Assembly: GCA_038727135.1 (NCBI GenBank)
Contig: JAVYWL010000003.1
Coordinates: 160,001 to 224,000 of the forward strand
Length of the DNA: 64,000 nucleotides
Direction of reading: 5' to 3'
DNA from: Candidatus Bathyarchaeia archaeon
GTDB taxonomy: Archaea > Thermoproteota > Bathyarchaeia > Bathyarchaeales > Bathycorpusculaceae
Shown here: piece by piece, positions 38,660-49,227 of the stretch
Numbering within the stretch: position 1 is the first letter of the stretch
How the letters are laid out: each line of letters opens with the position of its first letter
Notes under the pieces: generated by a model
Seen by the model: the letters and a program-made list of their open reading frames with translations, nothing else
The model's database searches: none
Told to the model about the DNA's origin: nothing
Program-made: the position numbers and the translations under genes

Positions 38660-39433
38660 TTGAAGGAGTTTAAAGCCATAGCTCTTGAAGGTTTCCCCTT
38701 AATAAAACCCGGAGACAACATAGCGAAAATAATTGCTGAAAACGCGGAGAAAAACGGCTTGAAAATCGAGGACGGAGACGTAATTGTTATTGCCCAAAAA
38801 ATTTTCTCGAAGGCTGAAGGCAGAATAGTCAACCTTAAAGAGATTGCCCCCTCCAAAGAGGCTAAGGAAATTGCAAGAAAAACAGGAAAAAGCCCTAAGT
38901 TTGTGGAGCTCGTTTTAAGGGAGGCAAAGGAGGTCATAAAGGCTTCTAGCGAAATCTTGCTTGTAGAGGACAATCGCGGCCTAGTTTGTATAAATGCCGG
39001 AATAGACAAATCAAACATCGAAGGAGAAAGCAACTTCGCGCTTCTGCCAGAAGACCCAGACGCTTCAGCGGAAAAATGCCGAAAAGAAATACGAAAGTTA
39101 ACTGGGAAAAATGTGGCAATAATAATATGCGACACTTATAGCCGCCCCTTCCGCCGTGGACAAGTGAACTTTGCCATAGGATTGGCTGGAATCAAGCCCT
39201 TCAAAGATTATAGGGGTAAAAGGGATCTTTACGGTTACATATTGAAGGTTAAGAATGTGGCGGTTGTCGATGAGATTGCTGCTGCAGCGGAACTTCTCAT
39301 GGGACAAGCCGAAGAAGCCACTCCCGTGGTAATTTTTAAAGGCTTAAAGGACGTAGTGGAATTTTGTGAAAAATCAAGCGCAAAAGAGCTGAAAATTGGG
39401 AAAGACGAGGACCTGTTTAGAGAAGCCCTATAA
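38660..39433 (+). CDS. cofE: Coenzyme F420-0:L-glutamate ligase (second paralog)
   Basis: QKIFSKAEGR, CINAGIDKSN, LLPEDPDASA, DTYSRPFRRG. Confidence 0.9.
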   Translation: MKEFKAIALEGFPLIKPGDNIAKIIAENAEKNGLKIEDGDVIVIAQKIFSKAEGRIVNLKEIAPSKEAKEIARKTGKSPKFVELVLREAKEVIKASSEILLVEDNRGLVCINAGIDKSNIEGESNFALLPEDPDASAEKCRKEIRKLTGKNVAIIICDTYSRPFRRGQVNFAIGLAGIKPFKDYRGKRDLYGYILKVKNVAVVDEIAAAAELLMGQAEEATPVVIFKGLKDVVEFCEKSSAKELKIGKDEDLFREAL

Positions 39434-39444
39434 GCGCTCCTTTT

Positions 39445-40083
39445 TCACCACTCCATGATGAGGAATGGGTTGGTTTGCTTTTCCTCTCCAATTGTTGTTG
39501 TTGAACCGTGACCCGGGTAAACCTTAAAACTGTCAGGAAGGTTTGCTAACTTCTTTAACGATTCTTTCATGTCTGATTCTGAGCTTTGCGGAAGGTCTGT
39601 CCTCCCAATTGAGCCGGCAAATAAAGTGTCGCCGGTAAACACCTCACCCTCGCTTATTAGGGATATGCTTCCTGGACTGTGGCCCGGAGTGTGCATAACT
39701 TTGAGGGCCATTTTGCCAAACTTTACATAATCTCCATCTTTTAGGAGAATGTCTGCCGACGGTGAGAAACTGTTGAAGCCGAAAAATTTTGCGATAACTT
39801 TGCCAAAGGTTCCAAGCATGAAAGCATCCTTCTCATGAACCAAGATTGGCGTTTGAAACTGCTTTTTAACTATGCCATTTCCACAAACATGGTCCGGATG
39901 ACCGTGAGTGTTCACAATATATTTTAGCTTTAGGGCTTTTTCTTCGATAAACTTGAAAATTTTTTCTCCTTCAGAGGCGTTATCAAATCCGGGGTCGATG
40001 ATTATGGCCTCTCCTGTTTCCGGGCATGCTACAATGTAGCAGTTTGTGAAGAGCTTACCAACGGTGAACATCTGGATTGTCAT
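39445..40083 (-). CDS. MBL-fold hydrolase, glyoxalase II-like
   Basis: THGHPDH, HTPGHSPG, FTGDTLF, PGHG. Confidence 0.88.
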   Translation of the reverse strand: MTIQMFTVGKLFTNCYIVACPETGEAIIIDPGFDNASEGEKIFKFIEEKALKLKYIVNTHGHPDHVCGNGIVKKQFQTPILVHEKDAFMLGTFGKVIAKFFGFNSFSPSADILLKDGDYVKFGKMALKVMHTPGHSPGSISLISEGEVFTGDTLFAGSIGRTDLPQSSESDMKESLKKLANLPDSFKVYPGHGSTTTIGEEKQTNPFLIMEW

Positions 40084-40207
40084 TTCTGAACAGCCTTTTG
40101 AAGAACCATTTCATCTAATAAACTTTGTTGGCGAGGGGAATATTCCCGTTCTAATAGTAACTCATAAATTTCAAGGCGCATAATTTATTGTTGGAGATGG
40201 AGAAGCT

Positions 40208-40414
40208 TTGAGGTTAGATGAAATCTTGGCTGTGGCAAGTAAGTTCAATATGTGTCCAAAATGCAATTCTAGGGAAGGTTTTTGGCTTGGGATAAGGCGC
40301 AACCACGCCTATGTCCAATGTAAGGGTTGTGGGGCGAGCTTTGAGCTTTTTGAAGTTTTTGCTGTTGGTGAAAAGGGCGAAGTGCCTAAACATTTGAAAT
40401 TTTTTAGAAAATGA
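40208..40414 (+). CDS. Small zinc-ribbon protein
   Basis: CPKC...CKGC. Confidence 0.65.
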   Translation: MRLDEILAVASKFNMCPKCNSREGFWLGIRRNHAYVQCKGCGASFELFEVFAVGEKGEVPKHLKFFRK

Positions 40415-40541
40415 AACAAGAATATTGAATTAAATTTTTTGTTCTGATGTTTTTCTTGGTTTTTATTCTAATTCTGAGTCAGAACCTCTAAAAAATTTTT
40501 AATAAACGTGTCCACCTTTCCATACGTGACCCAAAAGAGGA

Positions 40542-43500
40542 ATGAAAATGGAAAAAAGGAAAAAGCTATTTGCATTACTAGCAACAATAATAATTGCAAC
40601 AGCAGCCTTTACACCAATGCTTTTCACCATAGTAACAGCAGCAGACCCAACAAGCTGGTACACCAAAGTTAATGGTGTTTTAACAAGCGACTATTATTCG
40701 CTTTATCCATTCACAACAAAAAGCATAGACTTTGGACTTTCAAAGTTCGGCGAGATGATAAATTACCCGGTTACAACAGGTGTGGGCGTCGGCCTACAAT
40801 ATCCAGGCTACGACAGTGTTGGAACATACGATCAGAAGGCTGGGACATCTAGGGACCCCTTTGCCAACGAGTACATTGACCCTAAGCTCTGGCTGAATGG
40901 TTGGCTCATTGAAATAAGATACACCCACAGAACTTATAGAGACCGGCGGGTTCTTGCAATGGCAATGTTCGCTGACATGGCCGCCTACGGAGGAGACTGG
41001 CTGGTTGGTCATCCATACCCGTTCCATTTGGCGCCTCACGGCGGGAGGAAGACAACGGGTTATGCCTACACAGAGCCGTTAACGGTGCTGTATAATGGAC
41101 CTAGGCGTTATGTAGCCCTTTCAGTGACCCATATCTACGACTGGTTTGACAGCGACCAGGACGGAGTTGTCGATCACCCAGATGAAACATGGCCGATTGT
41201 TGATGTTATATTAACCTTCATTTTTGAGAAGGTTAAGAAGCAAGTTATAATCTTCAAGGATATTAAACAAGTGATTACTGGAAAAGAGCTTGAATCTCCA
41301 CTTGACATACAGTTTAGCAACAGGGAGGAGTGGGACCTTGGTCCGCCGCCAAATTATGGAAGCTACGCCCACTTCTTCCACCAAGAGCTTACAACATGCT
41401 ATGGCCCTGAATGGCATCTTGCACCCGGCATAATGCGAGAATGGATAGAGGAAGGCTACAACTTACGCCAAGTCCCAGTTCAGAAGGATGGTTATGGTGG
41501 TCCGATAGTTGGGGGCTCTGTCCGGGTTTATGTAAATGGCACCTTTAAGGAGGAGGGAACCCACTACAACATCAACTATACTAATGGTGCTATTACTTGG
41601 CTTATACCTATAGACGGAAACGACTGGGTCACAGTTGTATACAAACTATGGAAAGTTGGGACTTACGGAGAGGGCGTCCCTCATTACTATGATGTGGCCC
41701 AAATAATTAGCAGTGACCTAAAATATGTTGGTTGGAAGGCTTTCTGGCCTACGCTTTCTGACTACAGCGTTGATGCATGGGACAAATCGCTTCAACCCCT
41801 AATATGGGTTAATGATGCGGACATGGTGCCAGCTACAAGCGAGCCAGACATACCCTTCGTTGTTGGCGAATGGGACTTCATGCTAGGAAAAGGCTACCCA
41901 GACCAGTTCAGAGGAGTCGAAGTGGTAGGCTTAACAGACTATCACGACGCAAAAGACCCACAAATGACAGGCAATCCTCAGCCAGCAATTGACATTGAAG
42001 TAAAATACCAGCTAGACGAAGTTTTTAATCCGTGGAGTCTAGTGGATGCTGTTGAAAAGTATACTGAACGTTGGGTCCAATTCTATACAGTAAAGACTGA
42101 GGATGTAGGTAAAGATTTAAACATAACACTGGAGCATAAGCCAGTGTGGAAGGCCCCAACATGGGAAGAATACTGCAGCTTCAGTGAAAGGGTCCTATGG
42201 GGAGGAGCCCTCAAGATTCCACTACGTGCAGTAGCCACAGCATACCACTACGAACTATACGTGGACGAGGATGGAACAGGTGTAATACACATACCAGCCA
42301 GCAAAGTTCCGCCAGCGGGAACAGAAATCAAAATACTCTATTCCACCCAGACCTGGTGGTTTGGTCCAACAAGCGTTACTATGTACAGTAGAACCTTCAC
42401 AAACAAACCCCTAGGAGAAGACCCAATAACTCTGTTAGATCAAGTGGACATAAGCCAGGTTATTGGACCAGACGGTTTAGGAGCTAGATGGAGCTTTCTC
42501 ATCGAAAACTTAACAGTAACGGTGGCAAACGAAACTAACAGTGCTGAAAGTGGAATGCTTGATGTGGAAATACCAACAGGTCCATACGTGAACTTTAAAG
42601 TGTTTAAGAATCAAACCGCTCACCTCATAGGATTAAACTACAAACATGAATTTGCAAACCAAACAGGCTTATGGATAAATGCAACCATTGACGCTATAGG
42701 TTACGACATTGCTGCACCACCGCTGAAAGATCTCCACGTGCTTGTCTTCAAACCGACAATACACATAAGAATAACAGCCACAACCAATGGAACCCACTGT
42801 AACGCAACCGTAACAGTAACTGTTGAGGATCCACAAATTGTGGGAGAAGACCAACTGCCAATATACATAGAATATGTTGGAGGACGCTACGAGTGGGTAA
42901 CTGTTGGAAGAGACGCCCACTCAGCAGACTCAATAGGCGCCTCACTAGTTTCAGCAGCCTTCAAGAATAAACAGGTGGAGATTGGAAATGCAGGCTTCGA
43001 CATGATGTTCCAGGAATACGCCCTAACAAGCATACCATACCTCCTACACAAGTTTAGCGGAACAGGGACAGGATGGCCGCCCAATTATAAGGATAGCATC
43101 TACAGAATAGCCTTAAGAGACGACTGGTGCCACACATGGCCAATATCTAGCTCCAATGTAATTGGGGTTGGAGGCCCGCTGGCAAACCATATAGCCGAAT
43201 ACTTCAACGACTTCACAGACGCCTTCTACGGCCTCAACACGGTGGAAGCGCCCTTTACACCATATGCGCCATGGGTTAGCAAAATAATTGCACTATCATG
43301 CTGGAGCAAAGACACATACAGCAGCAACGCAACCGTCGGCTACGCGGTCATCTCCACATACAAGGATATAAACGGAACAGTTGGCTTCCTAGTCTGGGGA
43401 ATCAGCGCAAGAGACACCTTCTACGCTTCAAAGTTCTTCCACGAAGAGATTATCTATGAACTGCAAAGGTTCCCACTGTGCGCAACATCAATAATAGTAG

Positions 43501-43613
43501 AGATAGACTACACGGATCCAGAACACCCAACATGGACAATACCAGAGGTTCTTGGAACAATAAGCGAAACAACAGTGGAACTGGTTAAAGGCGGAATCCA
43601 CCCAGACCCATAA
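40542..43613 (+). CDS. Large secreted protein, probable S-layer protein
   Basis: Sec signal peptide, 1023 aa, rich in aromatics and Thr with many N-x-S/T sequons, no C-terminal TM, followed by a pyrimidine-rich terminator and a glycosylation cluster. Confidence 0.6.
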   Translation: MKMEKRKKLFALLATIIIATAAFTPMLFTIVTAADPTSWYTKVNGVLTSDYYSLYPFTTKSIDFGLSKFGEMINYPVTTGVGVGLQYPGYDSVGTYDQKAGTSRDPFANEYIDPKLWLNGWLIEIRYTHRTYRDRRVLAMAMFADMAAYGGDWLVGHPYPFHLAPHGGRKTTGYAYTEPLTVLYNGPRRYVALSVTHIYDWFDSDQDGVVDHPDETWPIVDVILTFIFEKVKKQVIIFKDIKQVITGKELESPLDIQFSNREEWDLGPPPNYGSYAHFFHQELTTCYGPEWHLAPGIMREWIEEGYNLRQVPVQKDGYGGPIVGGSVRVYVNGTFKEEGTHYNINYTNGAITWLIPIDGNDWVTVVYKLWKVGTYGEGVPHYYDVAQIISSDLKYVGWKAFWPTLSDYSVDAWDKSLQPLIWVNDADMVPATSEPDIPFVVGEWDFMLGKGYPDQFRGVEVVGLTDYHDAKDPQMTGNPQPAIDIEVKYQLDEVFNPWSLVDAVEKYTERWVQFYTVKTEDVGKDLNITLEHKPVWKAPTWEEYCSFSERVLWGGALKIPLRAVATAYHYELYVDEDGTGVIHIPASKVPPAGTEIKILYSTQTWWFGPTSVTMYSRTFTNKPLGEDPITLLDQVDISQVIGPDGLGARWSFLIENLTVTVANETNSAESGMLDVEIPTGPYVNFKVFKNQTAHLIGLNYKHEFANQTGLWINATIDAIGYDIAAPPLKDLHVLVFKPTIHIRITATTNGTHCNATVTVTVEDPQIVGEDQLPIYIEYVGGRYEWVTVGRDAHSADSIGASLVSAAFKNKQVEIGNAGFDMMFQEYALTSIPYLLHKFSGTGTGWPPNYKDSIYRIALRDDWCHTWPISSSNVIGVGGPLANHIAEYFNDFTDAFYGLNTVEAPFTPYAPWVSKIIALSCWSKDTYSSNATVGYAVISTYKDINGTVGFLVWGISARDTFYASKFFHEEIIYELQRFPLCATSIIVEIDYTDPEHPTWTIPEVLGTISETTVELVKGGIHPDP

Positions 43614-43622
43614 CGCACATAT

Positions 43623-43650
43623 CCCCCTTTTCTTTACCCCTATTTTCTCC
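43623..43650 (+). terminator. Pyrimidine/T-rich archaeal terminator
   Basis: ccccttttctttacccctattttctcc shortly after the stop at 43613. Confidence 0.45.
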
Positions 43651-43694
43651 GAAAATCTCGTAAACATTGGCAAAACAAGTTTTGAAGTTCCGTT

Positions 43695-44864
43695 TTAAGC
43701 CTCCAACAACAATTCTCTATAAACTTTTAGGAGCCTTTCAATAACTTTTTCCCAAGAACAAAACATTTCTATAAATCTTCTACCACGCAAACCAGCTTCA
43801 ACTAAAAAATCCCAATCCCTCACAGCCAAACATAAAAATTCCGCCGCCTTATCTGCGTCTGTTGGCAGAAGCAAGCCGAAACGCCTCCTCGCCTCCCAAT
43901 AACTCTTAATATAAGCGTTAAACCCTGCAACAGCTGTTTCGCATGCCAAAGCCTCTTTTAAGGCGCCACCCCAAAAAGGGTTTAAATCTAACATAGATGT
44001 GGGAGAGAATGCCGAGATGCATTTTGAATAAAGAGCTGGCAACAAACAGTGAGGAACAAAACCGAGAAACTCAACATTTCCTTCTAAACCCAAATTTTTA
44101 GAAAAACTTTTCAGCGCACTAAGCCCCGGTCCATCTCCAACCATCAGAACTTTAAAGTCACCCCCAAACTTTTTCTTAAACCGCTGAACAATTTCCAAGA
44201 TAAGCCATGGACTCTGCTCCTTCAAAGTTCTAGGCCTAAGAGTCATTCTTCCGGCATAAATAAAGTGCGGAACCCTTTCCTTCTCGCCGACCCTACGGAA
44301 CCGAGAGGTATCAACCCCAACATTTGGAAACTTTAAAATTTTACCATTGTCGATGCGCAGCCTCTTCAACCAGTAAATCTCCTCATCTAACGCCACGAGA
44401 AACTTGTCAACAACATCAAAAAAGGGTCTGTGAACAAATTTTCCAAGGATTTGAAGTTCAGGCTCCCCATGATACTGGGCTACAAGCCTCCATCCGCGGT
44501 GACGGCGCTTTGCAAAAAACATGAGTGCAAAAGACCAAAGATAGTAGTTGTGAAAATGAACAATGTCAAAATCGCCCTCCACAAGCTCCTTTATAACTTC
44601 AAAGTTGTGAGAATTGCCTATTGGAACCAGTGGTGGGAACCTAAACTTAACCGGAAAAACCTTAAGCACATAACCGTCCAAACAAAACTCTTTAACCCTT
44701 CCCAAATCTTGGTGAAAGGTGGAAAGGGTGACTTTGTTACCTTTTTTGCCCACTTTTTCGGCATAATCTTTAGCGAAATGGTAGCGTTGAAAGACAAAGT
44801 CTTCTAGGCTACAACCGCTAAATTTTTGGTCATGAAGCAGTAGGTAGGCAATATTCAATTTCAT
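43695..44864 (-). CDS. Glycosyltransferase family 4
   Basis: GVDTSRF, YAGR, VGDGP, FLGFVP, EALAC. Confidence 0.85.
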   Translation of the reverse strand: MKLNIAYLLLHDQKFSGCSLEDFVFQRYHFAKDYAEKVGKKGNKVTLSTFHQDLGRVKEFCLDGYVLKVFPVKFRFPPLVPIGNSHNFEVIKELVEGDFDIVHFHNYYLWSFALMFFAKRRHRGWRLVAQYHGEPELQILGKFVHRPFFDVVDKFLVALDEEIYWLKRLRIDNGKILKFPNVGVDTSRFRRVGEKERVPHFIYAGRMTLRPRTLKEQSPWLILEIVQRFKKKFGGDFKVLMVGDGPGLSALKSFSKNLGLEGNVEFLGFVPHCLLPALYSKCISAFSPTSMLDLNPFWGGALKEALACETAVAGFNAYIKSYWEARRRFGLLLPTDADKAAEFLCLAVRDWDFLVEAGLRGRRFIEMFCSWEKVIERLLKVYRELLLEA

Positions 44865-44937
44865 ACATTAATCATATAAAGGGGTGGCTCTTGGCAAATA
44901 AAAATTGAATCTCAAAAACCGAACAAGTGCATAAACT

Positions 44938-46322
44938 TTGAACCTAAAAAGTTTGGTAAAAAGATTCCTAAAATCAAAAACAGCCATCATACTAGCCATT
45001 GCAGTTTTAATTCGTTTCGCTTTAGCCCCCTTCACAGAACACCGATACGACATGTATATATGGAGAGTGAATCAAGCATTAGCCTATCAATATGGTGTTA
45101 ATCCGCTGAGTCCGCCGGAGTGGATAGACAAAAACGCCACAGTTTTCTTCTGGAGCTATCCGCCTCTATGGCTTTTTTACCTACTCACAGTTTATCCAGT
45201 TTATGCTGCAGTTTCTCATCCAACTTTCCCAGCGAACGTCAGCGAACTTTGGCGGGACATGTACACTTTCAAAAATCCATGCGAGGCTTATCACTCCTTC
45301 AAACCAGAAAACCTGCCACTACTAGATCTGCTAATTAAAACGCCTCTAATCATGTCAGACCTAGCCATAGCCCTACTACTGCTCAGGATGATTGGAAGAT
45401 TTTCAGAAGAGAAAGCCCGCATGTACACCTACATGTGGATTCTAAATCCATATGTAATTTTCATATCAGCTGTTTGGGGGATGTTTGACACGCTACCAAC
45501 ACTTTTCACATTGCTAGCCGTCTGGTTTCTCTTAGAAGAAAAAGCCAACAAATCAGCCATATCCCTATCCATAGCCGCACTACTGAAAATGTATCCGATT
45601 ATATTTGCACCAATACTCGCTCTGATGCACTACAAAAAACATCGGAAACCGGTCGCAGCAATAAAATATTTTTTAGTGGCGGTCGGCTTAACGATTCTAA
45701 TCACGTTTCTAGCACACTTCTGCTTCGCCCTAATTTTCGGTCAGGAGCCCCTTAGCACTTCCATTACAATGGTTTGGCTTCTTTTAAAGGGAAGGGCGTC
45801 GCCGGATTGGTATGGCTCCAACATGTTTTTCGGCTAACACCCCTCAACATCATGGAAGGCTTGTTCAAGCACCTTAATGTCAAAACAAATATTCCCATCT
45901 CACCAGTATTAATTGGTATAGCGGTAACCCTCCTGCTTTATGGAACAAGCCGAAAGAAAAAAATGGATTCTGTGGACCTCTTCTCCTATATTACAGTGGC
46001 TCATTTTGCAATATACTTGACATACACGGTCGTCAATGAACAATATTTGATATGGATTCTACCCTTCCTACTAGTTCTAGCAGCCACAAAAGGCGATTCC
46101 AAAATCATGTTTATCTACTGGACAATAAGCCTCACCACAATGCTTTTCATTTACACCCATTATGGGGACATATGCTACTTTATCTCTCCATACTTTGTTT
46201 CGGGCTATCTTGGATACTTGCATTGGCTGATTCTTTTCGGATTAACAATCACTGTTGTGTATTTGCTTGGCATAGTTTTCACTCTTAGAAAGGATGAAGG
46301 TAAAGTTGCAGAAGTTACGTAA
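44938..46322 (+). pseudogene. GT-C (GT87/PIG-M-like) glycosyltransferase split by a 1-nt frameshift at ~45834
   Basis: HRYD, LIKTPLIMSD, NPY...SAVWGMFD, KMYP in the first ORF; the membrane-protein continuation (LTPLN...NEQYLIW) is in another frame. Confidence 0.7.
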
Positions 46323-47634
46323 ACACCTCGACAATTTTAAGACGATTGTTCTCTTAGGAATCATTGTTAGGTTAGCCCTTTGCTTTTGGACTGGGCATCC
46401 TTGGGATTTTGAGGTTTTTATTCGTGTGGGATATTACGTGGCTAAAGGCTCAAGTCTTTTCGGCACTTTCCCAGCGGAAAGCTACTATAACGAAGGTTTG
46501 GGGCAGCCAATATTTCCGCAGATGACAGGTCTCGGATATCTACCAGCGTGGGGACTATACACAGCCCTCGTGTACAAGATTTATAGCATTCTCCCTCAAT
46601 CTCCATTCCTCTACTATTTCATGTTAAAACTGGCTCCAATCCTTGGGGATTTGGCTTCAGCACACCTAATTTACTCGTTAACCCTAACCATTTTTGGCGA
46701 CGTCAAAAAGGCGAGGGCCGCCTCATTAGCCTTCTTTCTTTGTCCATTCGTTATACTTATAAGCTCGGTTTGGGGCATGTTTGATTCCATACCTCTAGCC
46801 TTTACGTTAGCGTCAGCAACGCTACTCCTATCAGACAAGCCGCTTTGGAGCGGATTTTACCTTGGAATGGGAATCTACATGAAAGTTGTTCCAATAATTT
46901 ATCTTCCAATCCACATGCTCTACCTAAACAGTAAGAAAGGCCTTAAAGAAGCTTTAACCCACTTTTTAATTGCGTTGGCCGTCCCCTTTGTTTTTACAAT
47001 GGTTCCGCTGATCCTTTTCGGCTGGGAAACCTCAAAAGCCGCCATAACAATCTTTAGTCAAACACAAAGAACTGGTGAGGTTTTAACCTATTGGAACTTG
47101 AGTGCACTTCTTAACGAATTGTTTCCCAAGAATTTTTCAAACGAGATACTACACGAGGTTTTCTCCTTCCCGCTGGTGAGGTATTTTTGGGTCTTAGGAC
47201 TTATGACAGGTTACCTTATGTACCACAATCTTCAAAAATCTTCTTCCGGGTTTCATGATTTAAGCCTTCTTTTGAGTGGATACCTCTTTACAACAATTAG
47301 CTTCTTATTGACGAGAACTTTCATTCCGGAACAATTTACCCTTTACCTAGCACCTTTAATAGTTGTTCAAGCTGGAAACTCGAAGCCTAAGAAAATGGCG
47401 GGCTGGTGGCATGTTTGGGTTTTAACTTTAATCTTCGTCTTTATCAATTTGTATCCGTTTGCATTCGCCTATTTAATAAGTCCGGACTTGTGGTATACCT
47501 TCAGCTACTGGGCATTCACAAAACCCTACTCAATTGTTAGAAACTCTGCACGCTTCGTTTTGGCGGTGGTGTTTGACTTATTCTTGGTGAAAATTCTTTA
47601 TGGAACGGTGCGAAATCATGGGAAAACTACTTAA
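46294..47634 (+). CDS. GT-C (GT87/PIG-M-like) glycosyltransferase
   Basis: HPWD, LKLAPILGD, SSVWGMFDS, K.VP, EQF; polytopic membrane protein. Confidence 0.72.
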   Translation: MKVKLQKLRKHLDNFKTIVLLGIIVRLALCFWTGHPWDFEVFIRVGYYVAKGSSLFGTFPAESYYNEGLGQPIFPQMTGLGYLPAWGLYTALVYKIYSILPQSPFLYYFMLKLAPILGDLASAHLIYSLTLTIFGDVKKARAASLAFFLCPFVILISSVWGMFDSIPLAFTLASATLLLSDKPLWSGFYLGMGIYMKVVPIIYLPIHMLYLNSKKGLKEALTHFLIALAVPFVFTMVPLILFGWETSKAAITIFSQTQRTGEVLTYWNLSALLNELFPKNFSNEILHEVFSFPLVRYFWVLGLMTGYLMYHNLQKSSSGFHDLSLLLSGYLFTTISFLLTRTFIPEQFTLYLAPLIVVQAGNSKPKKMAGWWHVWVLTLIFVFINLYPFAFAYLISPDLWYTFSYWAFTKPYSIVRNSARFVLAVVFDLFLVKILYGTVRNHGKTT

Positions 47635-49156
47635 AATTCTAAAGGATAAAAGGGTACACTACGTTGTTATTGTTTGGATACTGCTGGTAAAAGCTGTTGA
47701 AATTGTTACAGGACTACTGGCAGAAATTGAGCCGCTAAGATTCTTTGAGATTTTGGGGTTCGGCTATTTATCCGCATTTTCTCGTATGGTGTGGGATGCA
47801 CTCGTAGCCCTTACAATTGCTTGGCTAATCTACCGACTAAAAAGGGACGTATTCCAAATTTCGTTGAAGATGGGGAGTCTTTCAAAACTGGACGTTTTAA
47901 GCATCACGCTACTTTTTGTATGGGTAATTTCCTCCGCAACAGCGATTTTACAGTTCGCCCAAATCGCTTCGCTTCCACCAGCAAGTCCACAACTGGAAGT
48001 TTCAAAGTATTATACACCCTGCAGCACCGCCAATGATAGAGCCCTCATGTACTTTGCAATCAATGACACGGAGCGAGGAGCCATAGTTACATTAGACCTT
48101 TCTAAATCGATGTTCACTTCCCCATTCTCCTTTTACCAAATAGGCGAACTATCCATGTTTGGCGTAAAAAACGGCGGATTAAGCCACTTTTCCTTGAAAA
48201 ACTCTACAACTGGACAGAAGACAATTGAGATGAGATTTTTCGGAAACGAAACAGACGGCGTGGACGGATGGTTTGCAAATAAAATCACGTTAGAGAAACC
48301 TCTAAAAGTGAATGAAAGCACAACGCTTCTGATTATGCTGAAACTGGAACAATCATCCGATAACACTGCTTGGACCTACATAAAACTGGATTTTTCATCC
48401 AACAGTGGCGAAGAATTTTCTATTGTTTGGAAATTTCACGACAAACCAATAAATTCAATGTTTTATAGCGCCGACGGCAAAATGAAAATGTACCTTCTCG
48501 GAAGCGCCGTTGAATGGACATTCTTCCAGTTCAACCTAAAAGATGTCTTCTACACAAGCTTTTCTTGTCATCCGCAGTTTTTGAACAGCATCGAATACGG
48601 TGTCGGAGCAGAAGCAGACAACATTGTAACCGCCAACTTCCTACTTGTGAAAATATCTGATCAGCCCCTACAAGTTAATGGGGGGTTGGTTGAAAGCGTA
48701 AAGCCAACAATAAGATTGGAAGATTCTAGAATAAAGTTTGAGGGAGTCGAGGTTTCGAGGCTTTATGTAACATTTACACTAAAGCCATATAAAGAGAAAA
48801 GAAATTTCCAGCTGTTGTTAACAAAAATTTTAAGATTTGAACGGTGTGAATGGAGCCTTCCCACATTTCACCTAGAAGCCGAAGAAAGAATCTATTTGAA
48901 CTTATCGAATAAGTTCACGAAAATATTCTTGAACGGCAGAGAAGTAATGCCAAAAACATGTGTCTTTGAGCCTTTGGCTTATGAAGTCACACCTTTTAAA
49001 GGTGAAGAATTAGTTTTGACGGTTGTTAGTGAGGTGGACACTTATCTCACGCCAGTAATTAGCATTATCTTAGTTCCGCTGCTTGTTGTATTTTCATTGA
49101 AGACGGCGAAATTCAGAAAAGAGAAGGAAAGTAAGTATCTTGCTCTCTACTTTTGA
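47618..49156 (+). CDS. Membrane protein with a large extracellular domain, function unknown
   Basis: Three N-terminal TM helices, a beta-rich soluble domain and a C-terminal TM. Confidence 0.6.
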   Translation: MGKLLKILKDKRVHYVVIVWILLVKAVEIVTGLLAEIEPLRFFEILGFGYLSAFSRMVWDALVALTIAWLIYRLKRDVFQISLKMGSLSKLDVLSITLLFVWVISSATAILQFAQIASLPPASPQLEVSKYYTPCSTANDRALMYFAINDTERGAIVTLDLSKSMFTSPFSFYQIGELSMFGVKNGGLSHFSLKNSTTGQKTIEMRFFGNETDGVDGWFANKITLEKPLKVNESTTLLIMLKLEQSSDNTAWTYIKLDFSSNSGEEFSIVWKFHDKPINSMFYSADGKMKMYLLGSAVEWTFFQFNLKDVFYTSFSCHPQFLNSIEYGVGAEADNIVTANFLLVKISDQPLQVNGGLVESVKPTIRLEDSRIKFEGVEVSRLYVTFTLKPYKEKRNFQLLLTKILRFERCEWSLPTFHLEAEERIYLNLSNKFTKIFLNGREVMPKTCVFEPLAYEVTPFKGEELVLTVVSEVDTYLTPVISIILVPLLVVFSLKTAKFRKEKESKYLALYF

Positions 49157-49227
49157 AAGCGTCCGGAAGAGAAACGGATGTTCGGTTTTCAACATAATTC
49201 TTATAAATTTTCCAAATCAAGCGCGCA

